Assembly: GCA_964252035.1 (NCBI GenBank)
Contig: OZ176209.1
Strand: one strand, 5' to 3'
DNA length: 64,000 nucleotides
Origin: Podarcis erhardii
Taxonomy: Eukaryota
The notes under the pieces were generated by a model. The model saw only the letters and a program-made list of their open reading frames with translations. It searched no databases and was not told the DNA's origin. Made by a program: the position numbers and the translations under genes. Below are positions 61,734 to 64,000 of the stretch, piece after piece. How positions within the stretch are numbered: the stretch's first letter is position 1; each line of letters opens with the position of its first letter.

Positions 61734-61915
61734 CTTTTGTGCTTTAGGCATATCAGTGTGGCGCTGAGCACGTACAGACCTTGCCGATTTAGGTGGTTTA
61801 ACAGGAGCGCAGTACATCTCCAGCTGTCTCAGGTCACAGCTCTGGAAGCAACATTCATCCACTATTCCTCGGGTGGGAGGTGGACGCCTATTGCCCCCGT
61901 ACCCTGCAGGTTTAC
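61734..61915 (-). CDS. IGF1: IGF1 exon encoding end of B, C, A, D domains and start of the E peptide
   Basis: cttag|GT AAA CCT...AAG|gtaggc, 182 bp, phase 1/0. [60 protein letters not shown]. Upstream exons lie beyond the window. Confidence 0.99.
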
Positions 61916-61944
61916 CTAAGTATAACAAAAACCAGTCATTGTTA

Positions 61945-62300
61945 GAGAAGATGGCATATCCTCCAACATTTCTCCAATGAAAATAGGGACGTCCCATTCC
62001 ATAATGATAATTTTACTATTTATACCCCACACATGTTACTGGGTTGCCCCCGCCACTCTGGGCAGCTTCCAACATATATAAAAACATCACAAAACATTAA
62101 ACATTTAAAAAACCTTCCCTATACAGGATTGCCTTCAGACAGCTCAGGGGTTGGATAACTCCATACCCTCCAACATTTCTCTGATGAAAATAGGGACAAT
62201 CCTAAGGAAAAGTGGGACATTCCAGGATCAAATCAGAAACCGGGACGGCTTCTTTAAATCAGGGACATCCCTGGAAAATAGGGACACTGGGAGCGTCTGA
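61945..62300. mobile_element. Lizard interspersed repeat (hAT-like AAATAGGGAC repeats) with a nested L2-type 3' tail fragment
   Basis: Repeated ccctccaacatttctc...gaaaatagggac motifs flank an inverted ccgccactctgggcagcttccaaca L2-like terminus. Family and boundaries uncertain. Confidence 0.5.
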
Positions 62301-64000
62301 GATGGCCAAAGCCTCAACACACTAACATTAGAGTATTATTAGCTGAGTGGACCCACAAGAGCAACTGCTATAATATTTTTTACTGGATTCAGTAGCTAAA
62401 AAATATTGGCTGAACTCCAAAACTGGAGTTCAGTAGGCACATGGCTGGAATAGTTATGTGTCCTACTTTACAGTTCTCTGTTTGAAGGGTTGTCCAGGTG
62501 TGGTTTAAAGGTAAAAAACCTTAAAGGGAGCAGCAGTGGTCTTGAAGTTGTCGGTCAAAAGTTAAGACCTGGACAGCAGACTAAAAAGGGCAGACAGCTC
62601 ACCTGGGCACAGTCTTGTTCACCACTATGGTGAGAGATGTTGTATTTCTATTTAAGTTGTAGTCATTATTTCTAAATTTGCATCTATGCATATAAATTAG
62701 CATATTTGTTTTTATGTAAATTTCTGCCTCTTTAGCCTTCTTTTTTGATGCCACGGTTCATAATTTTTAGTGTTGTGTCAGTGGCCGCCTTAACGTATAT
62801 AGATTTTATACACACAAATGCTTGAGTTTCACTCATTCAGGAATCATTTTCTCCACTGTGTTATAATCATAATAAAATAATTGTAATAATTATTGTAAAA
62901 GCAAGCAGTGAAAAAAAAAAAAAAAGAACATGGGAACATGGTTAAACAACTACAAAGTAACTCCACTAAAAGCAATGTAAAATTAATTCTATTGATACCT
63001 AGGTTCATTAGGTCCCCCCCCCCCCGAATATCCTATTTACCCGGAGCATTCTGGCGTGACCGCATTGCCATAATTCGATGGCACCATGACCAGTTTTGGC
63101 CCAATTGCTGCATGAGCTCCAGGCTTCTGTGACAATCTGCCTCCCCATCCCCATACATCCAGCCCCAGCCAGTGTATATGGCAAGGCTGTAGAATCTTAA
63201 AGAAGGGAGTGCAGGGGCCTTAAAGGTGCACAACCACAATTTATGCAAATCATTGTCCTCTTTTTTGGCAATCAGTAACTGGCCACCCTATGCTTTTCTA
63301 ACTGACTGGTGGTCAGTGTGCTCTGGAAGCCCCATGAGCAAATGGTCTGAAGGCTCAGGAGTACCATGCAAGTTAATCTGATACTCGTGTCATGAAAGTG
63401 TTCTTCAGGCTTTGGTGATAAATCACAACACAAAGAGCACATCTCAGTATATTACATCATTAGCCCAGATTAAGTTGTCATAGATAGGAGCAGTGTGCTC
63501 TTTTAAAAACCTTGCTCAAATCACATCTTGAAAAGACTTTGGCTGCAAACCTATGCACACTTACTTGGGAGTATGCCCCATTGAACACCATGTGAACAAC
63601 TTCCAAGTAAACGTGCAGAGAATTGTGCTGTTAGTGACATTTTGCACTCTTTTTTTGTCCAAGTAATTACTAATGAAAAGCCCATGGGACTTGTAATAGC
63701 CAGCAGGGCTCTCTACTTAGGGCTAACCATTGTCACACCACCACTTTCCAGTGCTAGCTTGCATAAATAAATGAATAAATAATTCTGATAATTTGCCTTC
63801 AGAAGCCACAGAAAACGCATTATCTTGAATTGATCATTCCATTTAATTAGCTGTATTTCTAAAGAACATAACTAACATAGTGGCAGAGGAAAACAGGCCA
63901 TTTGCAGGGAGCAGGATAGATACAGCCACCAGACAGCTAACACTGCTGGATCCCTGTTCTGCAGTACACCGTATGTTTCTGTGTATAAGACGATATTATT

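Overview
This is eukaryotic (squamate, most likely lacertid lizard) genomic DNA, judged from Sauria-type SINEs, BovB, CR1/L2 and lizard-type MITEs. It carries the conserved amniote block PARPBP(+) / PMCH(-) / IGF1(-). It contains the last 8 coding exons of PARPBP (1168-22582), the complete 3-exon PMCH gene (CDS 24455-22917) converging on the PARPBP 3' end, and the last two coding exons of IGF1 (61915-61734, 59733-59674) with a long 3'UTR. All exons were walked by hand: GT-AG boundaries and phases are consistent. The rest is intron/intergenic DNA rich in transposable elements: a young 5'-truncated L1, a DIRS relic, RTE/BovB, Rex1-like, CR1 and L2 fragments, SINEs, a probable solo LTR, and many pogo/Tc1-type and hAT-type MITEs. 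I found no rRNA, true tRNA gene, CRISPR array or unexplained well-supported gene, and I cannot claim a new biological system. The most unusual sequence-level observations are five. (1) An L1 insertion flanked by a perfect 70-bp target-site duplication that copies a MITE end. (2) A TSD-bounded chimera of a CpG-rich unknown leader fused to a 5'-truncated SINE. (3) A fold-back DNA element built of tandem ~102-bp hairpins with central cargo, next to a MITE carrying exon-like CpG-island sequence. (4) A strongly remodelled IGF1 C-domain exon bracketed by 44-bp direct repeats. (5) A predicted PARPBP/PMCH sense-antisense overlap. Comparisons to human or chicken sequences are from recall and need confirming by alignment.
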